DNA of 64,000 nt from Podarcis muralis. Lineage: Eukaryota. The DNA is taken from positions 49,600,001 to 49,664,000 of the forward strand of contig NC_135661.1 in NCBI RefSeq assembly GCF_964188315.1, read 5' to 3'. Below the pieces are notes generated by a model. That model ran no database searches. It was not told where the DNA came from and was given only the letters and a program-made list of their open reading frames with translations. Each line of letters opens with the position of its first letter. Positions within the stretch are counted from its first letter, which is position 1. Positions 1 to 12,799 of this stretch are shown in pieces. Made by a program: the position numbers and the translations under genes.

Positions 1-18
1 TGTCAGTATTCTCGTAAA

Positions 19-214
19 NNNNNNNNNNNNNNNNNNNNNNNNNNNNNNNNNNNNNNNNNNNNNNNNNNNNNNNNNNNNNNNNNNNNNNNNNNNNNNNNNN
101 NNNNNNNNNNNNNNNNNNNNNNNNNNNNNNNNNNNNNNNNNNNNNNNNNNNNNNNNNNNNNNNNNNNNNNNNNNNNNNNNNNNNNNNNNNNNNNNNNNNN
201 NNNNNNNNNNNNNN
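19..214. other. Assembly gap (N run)
   Basis: 196 consecutive N. Confidence 0.99.
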
Positions 215-611
215 TCCAGGAAGACTTTTTGCAGTAGTTCCAATGGGTTCATCACTGAATCATACAACATAGCGTGGCACTGTGTTCAGGGTTTTTTTTT
301 TATCTGTTACCTTCTGTTTATAAACATCTGTCTGGATAATGTTTCGGGTTTCTTTAGCTCCCCCAATCCTTCTCCCTTTCTCAAATTTTATATGTTGTAT
401 AGGATTGCAGATATGCAGGAGCTATACTTTTTGTGAGGTGAAAGGTATATATAGTTAGTGTGAAATATACAGTGGGGAATTTGTTGTAAAAAAATACTTG
501 TTTGTCTGAGCTGATATGGGCTGGTAGCTAAGAGACTGAGGAAGTCCCCCATTGGAATTCTGCCTCTGCCGTGAACATTCTAGGTGGCCTGAGGTAAGCA
601 ACTCTGTCAGC

Positions 612-633
612 CACACACACACACACACACACA
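612..633. repeat. (CA)n microsatellite
   Basis: Direct reading. Confidence 0.9.
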
Positions 634-1229
634 TGTTCAGTATGGAGTATGGTAGTACTGACTTACCTTATAGCAAAGCTAGTCAACGCGATGTTCTCCA
701 AAATAGTTTGAGCTACAACTCCCTATCACCCCCAGGTAGCATGGCTATTAATCAGAGCTGATGGAAGTTATAGTCCAACATTGTAGTTTTCCATGCCTGA
801 TAGGGTTGTTAGGGATTACGTTTAGCTAATATATCTGGGATGTTTTGAACACTTGAAAGTGCTATACGAATGTTAAATGCTATTATTAATTTATTTTTTT
901 TACCTGCCCTTCACCCTGAGGCTCCAGAGCACGTTGCAATGATTGAAAGTACAACATTAAAACAAATTATTAGTAATCATTGCAAGTAAAACATATGGCA
1001 GGGCCAAATTCTAAAACAGTGGTAAATCTGTAGGAAAAACATGCTTGAATTATTCCATCTGGGAGATAAAAGTCTAACCTGCATTTTTTCCCTAGATTTT
1101 TGAGGTAAACAGATTTAACATATGGAAACTTATAAGGGAGCGTGTCAGAGGAGATCCATATGTAAGAGCTGGTTCCTGCCAAATTAATATGTACTGCACA
1201 GCATGGGTGGGATGAAGGGGAAACTGAAC

Positions 1230-1231
<2 letters not shown>

Positions 1232-1267
<36 letters not shown>
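1232..1267. repeat. (AC)n microsatellite
   Basis: Direct reading; explains the HTHT/CVCV ORFs in the track. Confidence 0.95.
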
Positions 1268-1270
<3 letters not shown>

Positions 1271-2270
1271 GTTCTCCTCAAGCACCCTTCTCAAGTCTCC
1301 TAGTAGGGATCCAAGGAGAAATAGCTGCAAAGAACCAGCTTCAGGAAAGAAAGCATTGTTGGGTAAGGATGCTATTCCATTGTCCTTTATGTCCATGCTA
1401 CACTTCAATTCTACCCCACCCCAGTTTATATGCATTTGGCACGCCCAAAGTCGGTTTCCCCTCAAAGCCGTGACATTGATTGTGGCTATTTTTTTGACAC
1501 CCATCTGCTTTCTGATATTCAGTGATCTGTCATATTACGTTCACTTTTATAGAGTACTATTTATGCCAGTAAGGCACTGGGTTAGTTCACACATACCGTT
1601 CTTCACATCCCAAGCCCTATAGCTTGGACAATCAGATTCATACACTTCCTCTGGATTATTTGTGGGTTGGATCAGGGGAACCTGCAGGCTCTCTTCAGGG
1701 AACCCTCAGGCTCTACACAAATCCTGAAATTGCTTGGCAGCTCCCTGGTTTATCTTTCTCCGATAAGAACCTATGGAACATGACAATAATCTTTTCTTCC
1801 CTAACATTTGTATACAAGAAAGAAAGTATAGGTATCAATTCAAGACTTTTATAAAGATATAAACTATTAATAATGTAATTTTTATCTTAATATAGGGCAT
1901 GATAAAAAGATTTTGTGGCAGTAGAGAGGTATCGTAAAGGGTATGACGTTTGCGATGAGATCTTTCTTTGTAGGAACTCTTAATATACAACTTGGTATTT
2001 ACATTTTCATATCTATATATGCTCACACAATAGACGCAGTTCAGACTTCATTATTTATTGTAATGGGAAACAGCCAGCATAGTGGCTAATTGTAACTACT
2101 ATGTTTTTGAAACAAGCCAGCTTGATTTGAAGTTGACTTGTTTCAAATAAACAATAGCTAAAGGTAATCACAGTTTGTTGGACTGGAACTTTAATTTAGT
2201 GATGGAGTAAGGCTCACTGCAGCTTATTTCTATCATTATAAAGCAGTTTATTGTGAAGTCTGTACTGGTC

Positions 2271-2271
<1 letters not shown>

Positions 2272-2301
<30 letters not shown>

Positions 2302-2304
2302 TGT
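2272..2304. repeat. Compound (CT)n(GT)n microsatellite
   Basis: Direct reading. Confidence 0.9.
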
Positions 2305-3942
2305 GGTAATAGTAGTAACATCTGAACAAACTCGTGTACATTGTTTCAGTGCCTTTATTCTGTGAAGCACTATATACATTTGTTAAATAAATAAATAAAG
2401 CTAAACCCAATGTTTTCCATATTTCTGTCTATTAGCGCAAAGTTTTTTTTATTTAAAAAAATAGTTTCATGATCTTTTTTTAAAAAAAATCTATCTATTT
2501 TTGGAATGTTGTGTCAGAAACTCTGACCCTCTTAAATGGTATTGGAATTTCCCCCTCATATTTTTCTGTGAAGCAGCCCATTGTGTTTTGCTTGTAAGTT
2601 ATCTAGCCTACAAGCATAATGATCAGATATTGATATGCCAGTAGAGCTTTATATAATATTTACTATGTGTGATACGGCATACAGTTTTTTAAAGCAATGT
2701 TGTCTTTCAGTCTGAACCTAGCTTCTGGCAGGGCAGACTGCCCAGAATATCAGCAATCTTACAGTTATTACTTCGTGTCATATATAATGTTTTTCCCCTG
2801 CAACAAATAAATCTTTTGGCCTCCGTGAAAAAAGGAAAAGAAAAAAAATAAAGAAAGAAAAGAAAATTGTAGTTACTGTATAATAAAAATAAACCACTTG
2901 TCATGACTGCAGTTGACATTTATCAGCCTATTTGTGGGTGCTCTTTCTCTCTGTGTGTATAATATAGAACATAATTTGTCACTTTGTAAATACATTCAAG
3001 TTTAAATCCCTGCCAGCATCTGTTAGAGTTTGAAGGATTAATGCACAGCACACTGCATGCCTGCACTTTCAGGCCACAGCATTGCTTATGATTGTGAACC
3101 CCGGGAGAAAAAGATAGTCTTTTTTTATGTGGTTAAACATTTCTGCCCTTTGGCCATTAGACTTCCCGATCCATACTTGCCATCTGTACAAGTGATACTC
3201 ACTGTCTTCCAGTCTGTAAAAGCCTCTTGGGTTGTTCTAACTGAAACTATGGCTTCCCCCTCTTTTGCATATGTGCATTCTTATGTGCATGAACATTCAA
3301 CTTGTTATGTAATTTGTTGTGATTTTGAACCGCCCCAATCCTCAGAGGTTTAGAGTGGCCGACAATATTGTTTTTTGAATTTAATTTAGAAACAAACAGG
3401 ACAACAGATAAAAGCACAATTAAAATAATTCAGATTTTACTTGGAGCATTGGGAAGAAACCTTGGCAGCCTTTCAGCTGGGCTGGCATATGATCCTGACA
3501 ATACCTCAATGCAACCTCATGCTGTATTGCATAAAAGCCATGTCCCCCACCATCCCACTCCAAATTTCAATCAAGAAGATTTGAGGTTGGCAGTGTACCA
3601 TGTTGTGGTGCAAGAAGATTACTATTCTTATATTTGCAAGATTTATAAGTAGCTTTTCAGTTCAAACTGTTTTCAGTTCAACCTTAAAAAGTCAACATTG
3701 TTTCTTAAAACAAACCAACAAACCATAAAATATCTAGATATCAAAACTGCAAACAACAACAGAAGGATTAAATGCCCCCTTCAATGCATGATGCAACATA
3801 ATAAGATTCCAAGATGTCATTAAACGGAAATGGATGAACAACCCATGGAAGGGTCCAGTTATGATTGGAAATAAAATATAAATAAGCACTGCTGATTTTC
3901 TTACTAGTATAGGAGGGAAATCTGGGGCATATCCTCTGCTGA

Positions 3943-4463
3943 TGTCAGGGGCTGGCAGGGCTCCAAAGAGTGTGTTGTGGGGGCAGGGGGGCAGAGAATG
4001 ACACAGGAGAGGGGACCAGTGATTTATGGGGTGTTACACCACCTGCAAGGCAGGAACCAGGGAAGGAGGGAGAGTCAGGGCAGTCTGAGGTGTAAGAAGG
4101 CACACAGGATGTGACAGAAGAAGGGACAGTTCAGGCCAAGGATGAGTCAGTATTTCCCCCACCTTCTTCTACACCACTGTCTCCTAGAACCAGGAGGGGA
4201 TTGAAAAAAAGTGAAGAGCAGTGATGAATTCCATGCAGAAGTCTCAGGTTGCAGGCATGCAATCTGTCAGAGGATGGTCTGTAAGCTGGAGGAAGGGAGA
4301 TGCCCTGCTGTTGCTGCAACTTCTCCATAGGGCCCACACCTTTGGACAGCTGCCTAGAGGCTATAAGTGTGTGTATCTGGAGCACCATGGAAGCTGCTGT
4401 GTTTCATCAATAAAGAGTCAGCTATCAGACACTTGTCTTCCTTATCTGGGATGGTTCATGACA
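3943..4463 (+). mobile_element. Putative solo LTR (~520 bp)
   Basis: Starts TGTCA and ends TGACA (inverted LTR-type termini). TATA-like CTATAAG near 4360 and AATAAA near 4409, about 50 nt before the end. More GC-rich than its flanks. No clean TSD seen. Confidence 0.45.
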
Positions 4464-4480
4464 GATTATAATGTCTCAAT

Positions 4481-4901
4481 TGTTGTTGTTGTTTAGTCAT
4501 TTAGTCGCATCCAACTCTTCGTGACTCCATGGGCCAGAGCACGCCAGGCACTTCTGTCTTCCACTGCCTCCCGCAGTTTGGTCAAACTCATGCTGGTAGC
4601 TTCGAGAACACTGTCCAACCATCTCGTCCTCTGTCATCCCCTTCTCCTTGTGCCCTCAATCTTTCCCAACATCAGAATCTTTTCCAGGGAGTCTTCTCTT
4701 CTCATGAGGTGGCCAAAGTATTGGAGACTCAGCTTCACGATCTGTCCTTCCAGTGAGCACTCAGGGCTGATTTCTTTAAGAATTGATAGGTTTGATCTTC
4801 TTGCAGTCCATGGGACTCTCAAGAGTCTCCTCCAGCACCATAATTCAAAAGCATCAATTCTTCGGCGATCAGCCTTCTTTATGGTCCAGCTCTCACTTCC
4901 A
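4481..4901 (-). mobile_element. 5'-truncated BovB/RTE LINE 3' end
   Basis: Minus-strand peptide SESWTIKKADRRRIDAFELWCWRRLLRVPWTARRSN...LQYFGHLMRR...LMLGKIEG is the typical RTE/BovB C-terminus; GACTAAACAACAAC-type tail. Confidence 0.9.
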
Positions 4902-6540
4902 CAACGCATAATTCTACACAATTGTTTGAATAATGAATTCACCCATTATTCTTTTCTGCACATTCCTCATGGCTGCACTGTTGTGAAAGCATTCCATGCT
5001 CCAAGAACAGTGTGTTGAACCTGGAACAATAGAATGCTGCCTCCCAGAAACTCTTAGTTTGCTGTTTGCACTTGTTCTGTGGAACTTATTATTCTTTGTG
5101 GTGTTGCTAGCTTTTGTTTTGTGAATTACACACCTTCCAAGTGTATTCTCTGAACCAAATTACACACTGAAAGAATAAATAATGAATAGAATTTTCAGAA
5201 TACATAACAGTTGACAAATTGCCAAAAGCCACTTCCCTTAAATCTAGAACCACTCGTGATCTATAATCATTGGAATTTATGACATCAGATTCCACCTAAA
5301 GTCCCTATTGAACTGTAGTGCAATTGTACTTAAGGCTGAGGAAACATGCCTAAGATCCAGCTTCATGTTTGTCTTATGTTTGATAACATAAATGCAGTAG
5401 CAAACTACTAAAAAGCTGCTGCACACTTCGAAATGTGGTCTTGGACATGCACCTCTACCACATGCTGAAAATGCCTCCATAGGCATGGAGGCCATTATCC
5501 AAAAAGTACATAATGTCTAAGGAGGCCTAGATCTTACATTTCTCAAGCACCTCTCCACCCATGCTACATGACAAACATATTTTGAGCATGGGGGCTGTTA
5601 AAGGAGCAGGGAACGGAAAATCCTGTCGAGTGTGCTTAAGCCTCTGGGCACACCTAAATAGCTGCTCCAGATCCCTGCTGCCTTCAGAAACAAGTATTTG
5701 TCCAAGACATAAAATGGATCATCTGTTCTTATGTTTTAAGGGTAGGCTCTTTAGGCAAAGGAATGGCACCCTTCTTTCCTTTTAAAGTGCAGTTAATCAT
5801 GTCCTTGAAACATTGGCTAATTTCCTTCTCACTCAGTCAAGTCCCAGTAAAGATGTTAGGAACATAACTAACAAAAATGCCCACGAAGCTGTTGTTTTAA
5901 AGACATGCACTACTTTAAAGCCCTAGATGCAAAATGTGAAATGTCTTTTATGAAAATAGCTGAGGCAGAAAGAAACAGAAGAAAAACGAGTGTAAAATTA
6001 TTCCATCTACTAGGGCTTCTAATGGTCCTCCGTAAGTTATCTCAAATGCTGTAAAGGAACCTATTCTGAAAACAGACAACATATCTTCAGTTGGCCTTAA
6101 AGCTTTGCACCATGTGATTCATTTGTCCCATTCAGCTGGCTGAAAGGTAATCTCATAGCATTCAAAATACATGCATGACTTTATAAAGCCTGCCTAACAT
6201 AAATACTCAAGTGCATGCATTAGGGACTGTAATATTTACAGCCTGAAACTGAAATAAAAGCATTTCCTTGTTTTCATCCATCTTGCATGAAGATCATCAT
6301 TACCACCTATTGCTGGACATTGTTGACTGTCATAACCAATGCATCAAAGCTGCCATGCTTTATTCTAATGGCATACTCTGGTCTGGATTTAATTTGTCTG
6401 TGCTTCCTAGTCTTTTAGGCAAGTGTCAGTTCAGCTTTGATTCTTATGGATTTACATACTGTAGAGGTGGGAGAAGGTATTCTGTGCACAATTCTTTTTG
6501 GCTTCACTGCCCCTTCTGCAATGTTTTATTCCATTTTTAA

Positions 6541-6542
<2 letters not shown>

Positions 6543-6581
<39 letters not shown>
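6543..6581. repeat. (TG)n microsatellite
   Basis: Direct reading. Confidence 0.95.
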
Positions 6582-6583
<2 letters not shown>

Positions 6584-6710
6584 ACACTGGGGGGGGGGGC
6601 AGAAAGAAAGACAGAAACAGGAAAAAAATAAGTAAGACAAAAAAGAAAAGTAAAAGTAAATCATCCCTCCTTTGCCCCTGCCCTTCCTTGGTTAACCCAG
6701 CAAGCTCTGT

Positions 6711-7065
6711 GTAAAAGGTACCCCTGCCCGTACGGGCCAGTCTTGACAGACTCTAGGGTTGTGCGCCCATCTCACTCAAGAGGCTGGGGGCCAGCACTGT
6801 CCGGAGACACTTCCGGGTCACGTGGCCAGCGTGACATCGCTGCTCTGGCGAGCCAGAGCCGCACACGGAAACGCCGTTTACCTTCCCGCTAGTAAGCGGT
6901 CCCTATTTATCTACTTGCACCCGGGAGTGCTTTCGAACTGCTAGGTTGGCAGGCGCTGGGACCGAACAACGGGAGCGCACCCCGCCGCGGGGATTCGAAC
7001 CGCCGACCTTTCGATCGGCAAGCCCTAGACGCTGAGGCTTTTACCCACAGCACCACCCGCGTCCC
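6711..7065 (-). mobile_element. Sauria-type tRNA-derived SINE, full length
   Basis: Minus-strand head GGGACGCGGGTGGTGCTGTGGG (A-box-like) and GGTTCGAATCC (B box); body is homologous to the copy at 32859-33210; ACCTTT-type tail. Confidence 0.8.
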
Positions 7066-7348
7066 TTTGTATGTCACCTCAAAGGACTTATTCATATACA
7101 GTATGTCCAAGCGTGTCTGATGGGTGAAAGTCATGTTCCTTTATAAGGGCCTAAAGCCTGAACAAATAGAATAAAATTTGGCTGATGCATTCTCATTTCT
7201 TCTTGCTGTAAGTTCATGAGCCATTTCTTCTTTGAATGCCAGAGTACAATTTGGGGCAAGACAGTTCATCATCGTGTCTCCCATCAGAGTTCTCCAGTTC
7301 TTGAGAATCAGTAATCTGGCCACCACAATTAGGTATACAGTTAAGTGT

Positions 7349-7381
7349 TTCTTGGCCTTTTGGCTAAGATCAACTATAGCA
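7349..7381 (+). pseudogene. RNU2: U2 snRNA 5' fragment (about nt 6-38), retro-inserted
   Basis: ttcttggccttttggctaagatcaactatagca versus U2 ttctcggccttttggctaagatcaagtgtagta (4 mismatches). Direct repeat agttaagtgttt at 7339-7350 and 7382-7393 is the TSD and overlaps the first 2 nt of the match. Confidence 0.85.
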
Positions 7382-7399
7382 AGTTAAGTGTTTATAAGG

Positions 7400-8060
7400 T
7401 GGTTTGTCAGAATTGGAGTAAAAATATATATATAGAAAGCAGAGCAAATTTGGTGTTGGGTGGGAGTTTATATCTGGTTATTAATGGTTCTTTGGCCAGG
7501 GCAGAAAGCTAGTGAAAAAGTGGACAACAGGAGTTAGTGCCCTGGCCAATGGGAATAAAGTCAGAGCTTTGACCGTTACCACTTCATTTGCTCAACTGGT
7601 GTGATATAGATTTGTATAAGGCAGATAAAAGGGACTTTCACATGAAATTTTGAAAGTGTTGAAGTTTAAGAAGACCAATATAAATGATCAAAATACTTGG
7701 CAGCATCAAGCAAAAGAATTCTGTGGGCATGGGTTGCGTATGAGCTCAGTGGGTGACATTTATAAGCTGCCAAGTAGGTGTGGCTGCCAACTGTTGACAA
7801 ATGAAGCCTGTTTGATGGTTATGAATATAATGTGGCCAGTTGTGAAAACATATCTTCAAAGATTTTTGAAAATGTTTTACATCTGTGTTCATCAAAGAAA
7901 TCGGGATTCCGATCCTTAAATGGCTTAGGAATGACTATAATATTAGACAGCCTCCAAGGTTTTCCACCCAAGGACTTGGCCATCCATTCATATTTGGAAA
8001 TGTTTTTATTAAAAAGGGAACCAATTGAGATTGGAACATTTTTGTAGCATATGGACAATT
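7400..8060 (-). mobile_element. Old, degenerate L1-like ORF2 (RT) fragment
   Basis: Broken minus-strand peptides WRLSNIIVIPKP...KTFSKIF and VNGQSSDFIPIGQGTNSCCPL resemble L1 RT motifs (IPKP, KIFxKIL, RGTRQGCPLSP). Boundaries are approximate. Confidence 0.55.
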
Positions 8061-8354
8061 TTTATGGTTTTTAAATTCTTAATAATTTCTTAATCTCTTT
8101 TGCAAATCTTTTATTTGTAAACACATTTTATCCCTCACAATTTGTTTGTCTGTATAAAAATATGTATTGTTCTTTCAGGCAACTGTTTTCCAAGTGTAGG
8201 TGACTGAAATTTTCTTTATTAAACTGGAGTACATTTTATCGTCTTCTCAACCCTCAAAAGGTGAAATGTTTTGAGTGCTATACTACTCAAGGATATGTTT
8301 ATGGTGAAAAACACTTGTGTTTGTGTGTGGGGGGGGGAGATAATAGCTGATAGA

Positions 8355-8485
8355 NNNNNNNNNNNNNNNNNNNNNNNNNNNNNNNNNNNNNNNNNNNNNN
8401 NNNNNNNNNNNNNNNNNNNNNNNNNNNNNNNNNNNNNNNNNNNNNNNNNNNNNNNNNNNNNNNNNNNNNNNNNNNNNNNNNNNNN
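8355..8485. other. Assembly gap (N run)
   Basis: 131 consecutive N. Confidence 0.99.
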
Positions 8486-11400
8486 ATGGAGACTATAATT
8501 ATGCAGTAAATTAGCTAATGTCCACTCTGGTGCCTTTTAAAGTACATCTTACATTTCTCCCCTCTCCACAGCACTTATATAAGTTATAGGGACTACAGTA
8601 TATTTATTAAGAGTCTTCAATTGTGTATAAAACTAGAGCAGACACAAGTAATGGTATTTGCTGAAGGATTCTTTATCATCTATTATTTATTTCATCTCTT
8701 TTATATGCCATTATAATAAATATTATGACAGAGAAAGCTTTTATGCTTCAACTTATTGTAGTTCTCTTCACTTCCTTGCAGTCCTTCAGGAAAATGTAAC
8801 CACACTTTACCTATATTTAATGTAAATCATCACTTGCATTAGAATGAAAAATCCCCTATTGGAAAAAGACTCCTTCTTCAGCGTGGAGACATAAATGCAC
8901 AATCATGTTTACTGCCAAACTACTGTACCATGCAGTGTTCATTTTTAAACAGTTTTTAAGCTGTAAAGTGAGCACATCACATATCATGAAAATGCTAGCT
9001 TTCTGAGTGTTTTCACTTTCTGGTTAAACTTCTGGCTTGATAAGCATTTTTCTAAGTGTGAGTGTAAAATATTGTCAATTATGTTCTAAGAGGTTTTAAT
9101 AGATTTGCTCTATGTAACATGAAGCATTTTCAGAATTAAATAAGAGTGTTATCTACTGCAGTTTTTCCTCAGGAGAAAGCACACACACAAAGTTTTATAT
9201 TGGAGGTGGGGCAGATAGAAATTTGGATATTATGAAGCATATGGTTTATATCCCTTTATTTTTCATGGAATGTTTCAAGATACATAATTGTAATTCATAA
9301 CTTCTAAATAAAGGAGATAAATAACAAGAACTAGAAGCATCTGACTCAAGGTCATGACAAAATGAAGTTAACACTTAAAACAACAGTAACAAAAACTTCC
9401 TAGCCCTCCTAGGTAGGAAGAGAAGCTTGTAAATACGAAGCATGTGTTAACAATGGTCAGGTTAAAAATCCAGACATGATAATTTAACTTTTTTTTCTTT
9501 TTTACAACCTATAGGTCTGCAGTTATTCTATGTGTTTCTTCCTTTATAATTTCTCTGTGTTCAGGGTTTGCATTTCTATGGCATAATTTGTCTGGAACAC
9601 TCAGAAACATCACAACCACCATCATCATTACTTGTGACCTTATAAAGTCTGCTCCTTAAGCTGCTGAAGAAATACCTCTACTGATTCTTCCTGCTCTCGA
9701 TAACCTATGGCCTGATAAGTCTAAAAAGCTGCAGAAGCACAGTACAAATGAGTTCAACAGTTGGAAATAAAGGGACATTGTTTATCCTGGCAGTGAATGT
9801 ATTGTTACAGGATGTTTCAGTTCACTGGCAGAACTGACTAGAAACCCATATTCATAGCTTGTATTTGTCATCTGTATATCACAATTGTCCATTAATTGTA
9901 TTTCAATATTTTTATTCTACCCCCAAGTGCAGCTTAGTTATTCCAGCAGATTTCTCCCTGTAAAGGAATAGTTGGCATTGGAACCCTCCCCCTCACATTT
10001 CTAATATTACAGGTGCTTCCTTTTTGTTTTTGGAGCCAGTAGCAGAAACCTGCAACCTGACACCAAGAGCAAAGGCATTACCTGAGTAATAGTGTGTGGA
10101 CTTGAATCACTGTTCCCAAGAGCATAGTAACTAACAGCTTGTGGTTTAGTCTGTTGAACTACTTGATGTTTTTTGACCCCTTGCTGTCCTTGTGTTTGTA
10201 GCACTATTTTTTATTTTCCCCTTGGAGATGAGAACAGAGCATTATAGTGAGAGAGAGAGACAGAGAGACAGAGAGGAGATAACCTCTCTTGCAAAGGAAA
10301 GTTGGCAAGAAAAAAGAAACCCATTGGTGGTCAATATTTTGCCTTGTATTTTCATTTTAGTCAAGACCGGCTTCTGACTGGTGATGATAGCTAACCCTGA
10401 GCAGGCATTCTATGTTTTTTTTGAACTATACCAGAGTGGAGAGTAACCAGACTTGCTTCTTCTACCCACTCTGCAATAAGAGTTACCAAGACAATACAAA
10501 AAATTATTTATGTATGCAACCACTGTCACTCAAGTGATTTCCCCCCCAAGGATGGAAAGAAGAAAACGTCCCAACTAAAGAAGAATGGCAACAGAGTACT
10601 CAGAGTACTCAGAAATGGCAAAACTTACTGGAAGAATAGGAAATCAAGATTATATACTCTTTGATGTAGAATGTAAACATTTTGTAAATCTAAGCTTTGC
10701 CTCATTGAGGGGCAGTATTTCAATATGAGTGGGAAAATGAGATTGCCCCTAAACATTTTTTTAGAAAAAAAAGCACTGGGGATGCCTCTGCAGATGCAAC
10801 CTTGAACACTACAGTGGATAATCCCATAATTCCCAAAAGAAAAGTCTCTGGTTTCTTAATAATAGTTATCTTAAACATTTTTTCCTATTCATTATATATC
10901 ATCTCCCAATTTTTATATCATCTCCCTTTTACCATTTTAGAGTATCTGTATAGACCCATCATAAGGATTGATTAAGGCTGCTTGTAAGTTCTGTTACCTT
11001 ATGCACAAATACTGTGATTAGTGTGGTCCATGCATTTTGGTTTCTAGGGTTAATTTGTTATTTACTTGGGGGGGGGATCAAAACGATAAATATTAATAAA
11101 ACAACTTGTTCTACTTATTTTGTGGTTCAGTGGACTAAGAAGACTGAAGGACTCCTTTATTCATCTAGCACACATCTGCCAAATTGTAAGGGTAGGTCAG
11201 CTGTACATATCACACGATATACCCCTGCTTCACAAATCATGTTTTTTTTCAGGAGGTTTTGCTCTGGTTCTCTAACCTCAGAATATCAGCAACTTCTGAG
11301 AACAATCCGTCTGTCTTTAAAAGTGCTACAAATTGAGAACATAGCATTTGGCACTGTTTTCTATGCTGTCCAGGTTGATTTATGTCCATTGCAGGGTTCT

Positions 11401-11516
11401 AATGTTGAACAAGGGAATTTAAATGTGTAACTGTAAAGCTGTTTGGTGTAACATGATATTGTGATACAAACAAATTGATGTTGTTTATCTTTTTGCTTCA
11501 TGTTCTCTCATTTTAG

Positions 11517-11605
11517 CACAAAGCCAAAGTAGAAGCAATAACCTTAGACCTTGCATCTCTTCATAGTGTACAGGAGTTTGTTGAAGCATTCAAATCCAAG
11601 CATGT
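11517..11605 (+). CDS. WWOX: WW domain-containing oxidoreductase, coding exon (human exon 6 equivalent)
   Basis: ttttag|CAC...CATGT|gtaagt, 89 nt. Encodes [29 protein letters not shown](V), matching the WWOX SDR domain; phase 2 end fits the next exon. Confidence 0.96.
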
Positions 11606-12678
11606 GTAAGTACTCGGGGAGAGGGTTCTGTATCATAATTCCTACCACTACATCAGCATCATAATTAGAAATAAATGAATTTATCAGCTGAGCATAATCA
11701 CTGTAAACAGAGAAACAACAATAGTTATGTACAGCTTTTTGCATGCAAACATCCACATTTCTATAAACTTTTAGTGTGTCTTAGGGGATAACTATAGATA
11801 ACATGTAAACTTTGTAATTGAGCTCTTGTATCTTAAAAGAAAAGCAGCGTCCAGGCAGGATTTTTTTGTGCTCTAAAGGGCATTGTTTTGCACGCTGTAT
11901 TTCTTGGCTACAGTTGCAATTTGAACCCTAGACATGGGGAAATCCACATGCTTTTTCACACTGGCTGAATGACAATTTGTAGTGGTATGTAGGAATGGTA
12001 TGTAGGAAAGGGATAAGCACTGCCTCTCTCTTGCCACCCCCCTGCTTATTGTACTTTGCATGATCCCCAGATGCTTGAGACATAATGCATATGAAGGCTT
12101 CTCAGATCAGATGGAAACCTCTCCACTGTTCTCTTGTCTGTGAAGTAATGATAAATAGGTGGTGGCTGGCAGGAGTGGGGCTCCCCTCTGGGGAGCTTCT
12201 GCTCTGGGAAGTCTTATAGTTCCCATCATGCTGCTGATGACACCTAGCCCTATTAGACTTTTCAGCCCCATTTCTGAGGCTGTGACTTTGCTAGAGATTC
12301 CAGTACAGGAACAGAAATTGTGGATTATTCAAAAGGAGCAGAGCCAATTTATGACCACACCATTATGAAAAATAATTAACCCTGAAACCTGTCAAAAATT
12401 GAGTCCATGCAGCAATCTAAATTTTGATCTTCCAAATTGCAGGTACAAATGGAAGAGACAATTTTTATTTCATTGTACAATCTGTTCAATGTGTTTTAAG
12501 CTATAGTCTCTTGTGCTAGCTTAAGCAAGTCGGCCCTATGTTAGTTCTATTCAGAGTGAACCCTTTGAAATGAATTGGCATGATTAACTTACTCCATCCA
12601 TTTCAATGGGTCTGCTTTGAGGTACTATAGGCTCAGTGAATATGGCAGCTTCCTCCCCGATGAGATGTCCAGACCCAT

Positions 12679-12799
12679 CTGATAAAGGGACCCCTGACCA
12701 TTAGGTCCAGTCGTGACCGACTCTGGGGTTGCGGCGCTCATCTCGCTTTATTGGCCGAGGGAGCCGGCATACAGCTTCCGGGTCGTGTGGCCAGCATGA
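12679..12799 (-). mobile_element. 5'-truncated Sauria-type SINE (3' ~120 nt)
   Basis: Near-identical to the 3' part of the SINE at 32859; 12-bp TSD gtccagacccat at 12667-12678 and 12800-12811. Confidence 0.85.

Noticed and set aside
970-1622. ORFs of 103-139 aa with HTHT/CVCV runs (also at 552, 2168, 6437, 6452)
   Set aside because: Produced by (CA)n microsatellites; no domain or splice support.
4521-5018. + strand ORFs MTPWARARQ... (also 29874-30209)
   Set aside because: Antisense shadow frames of BovB.
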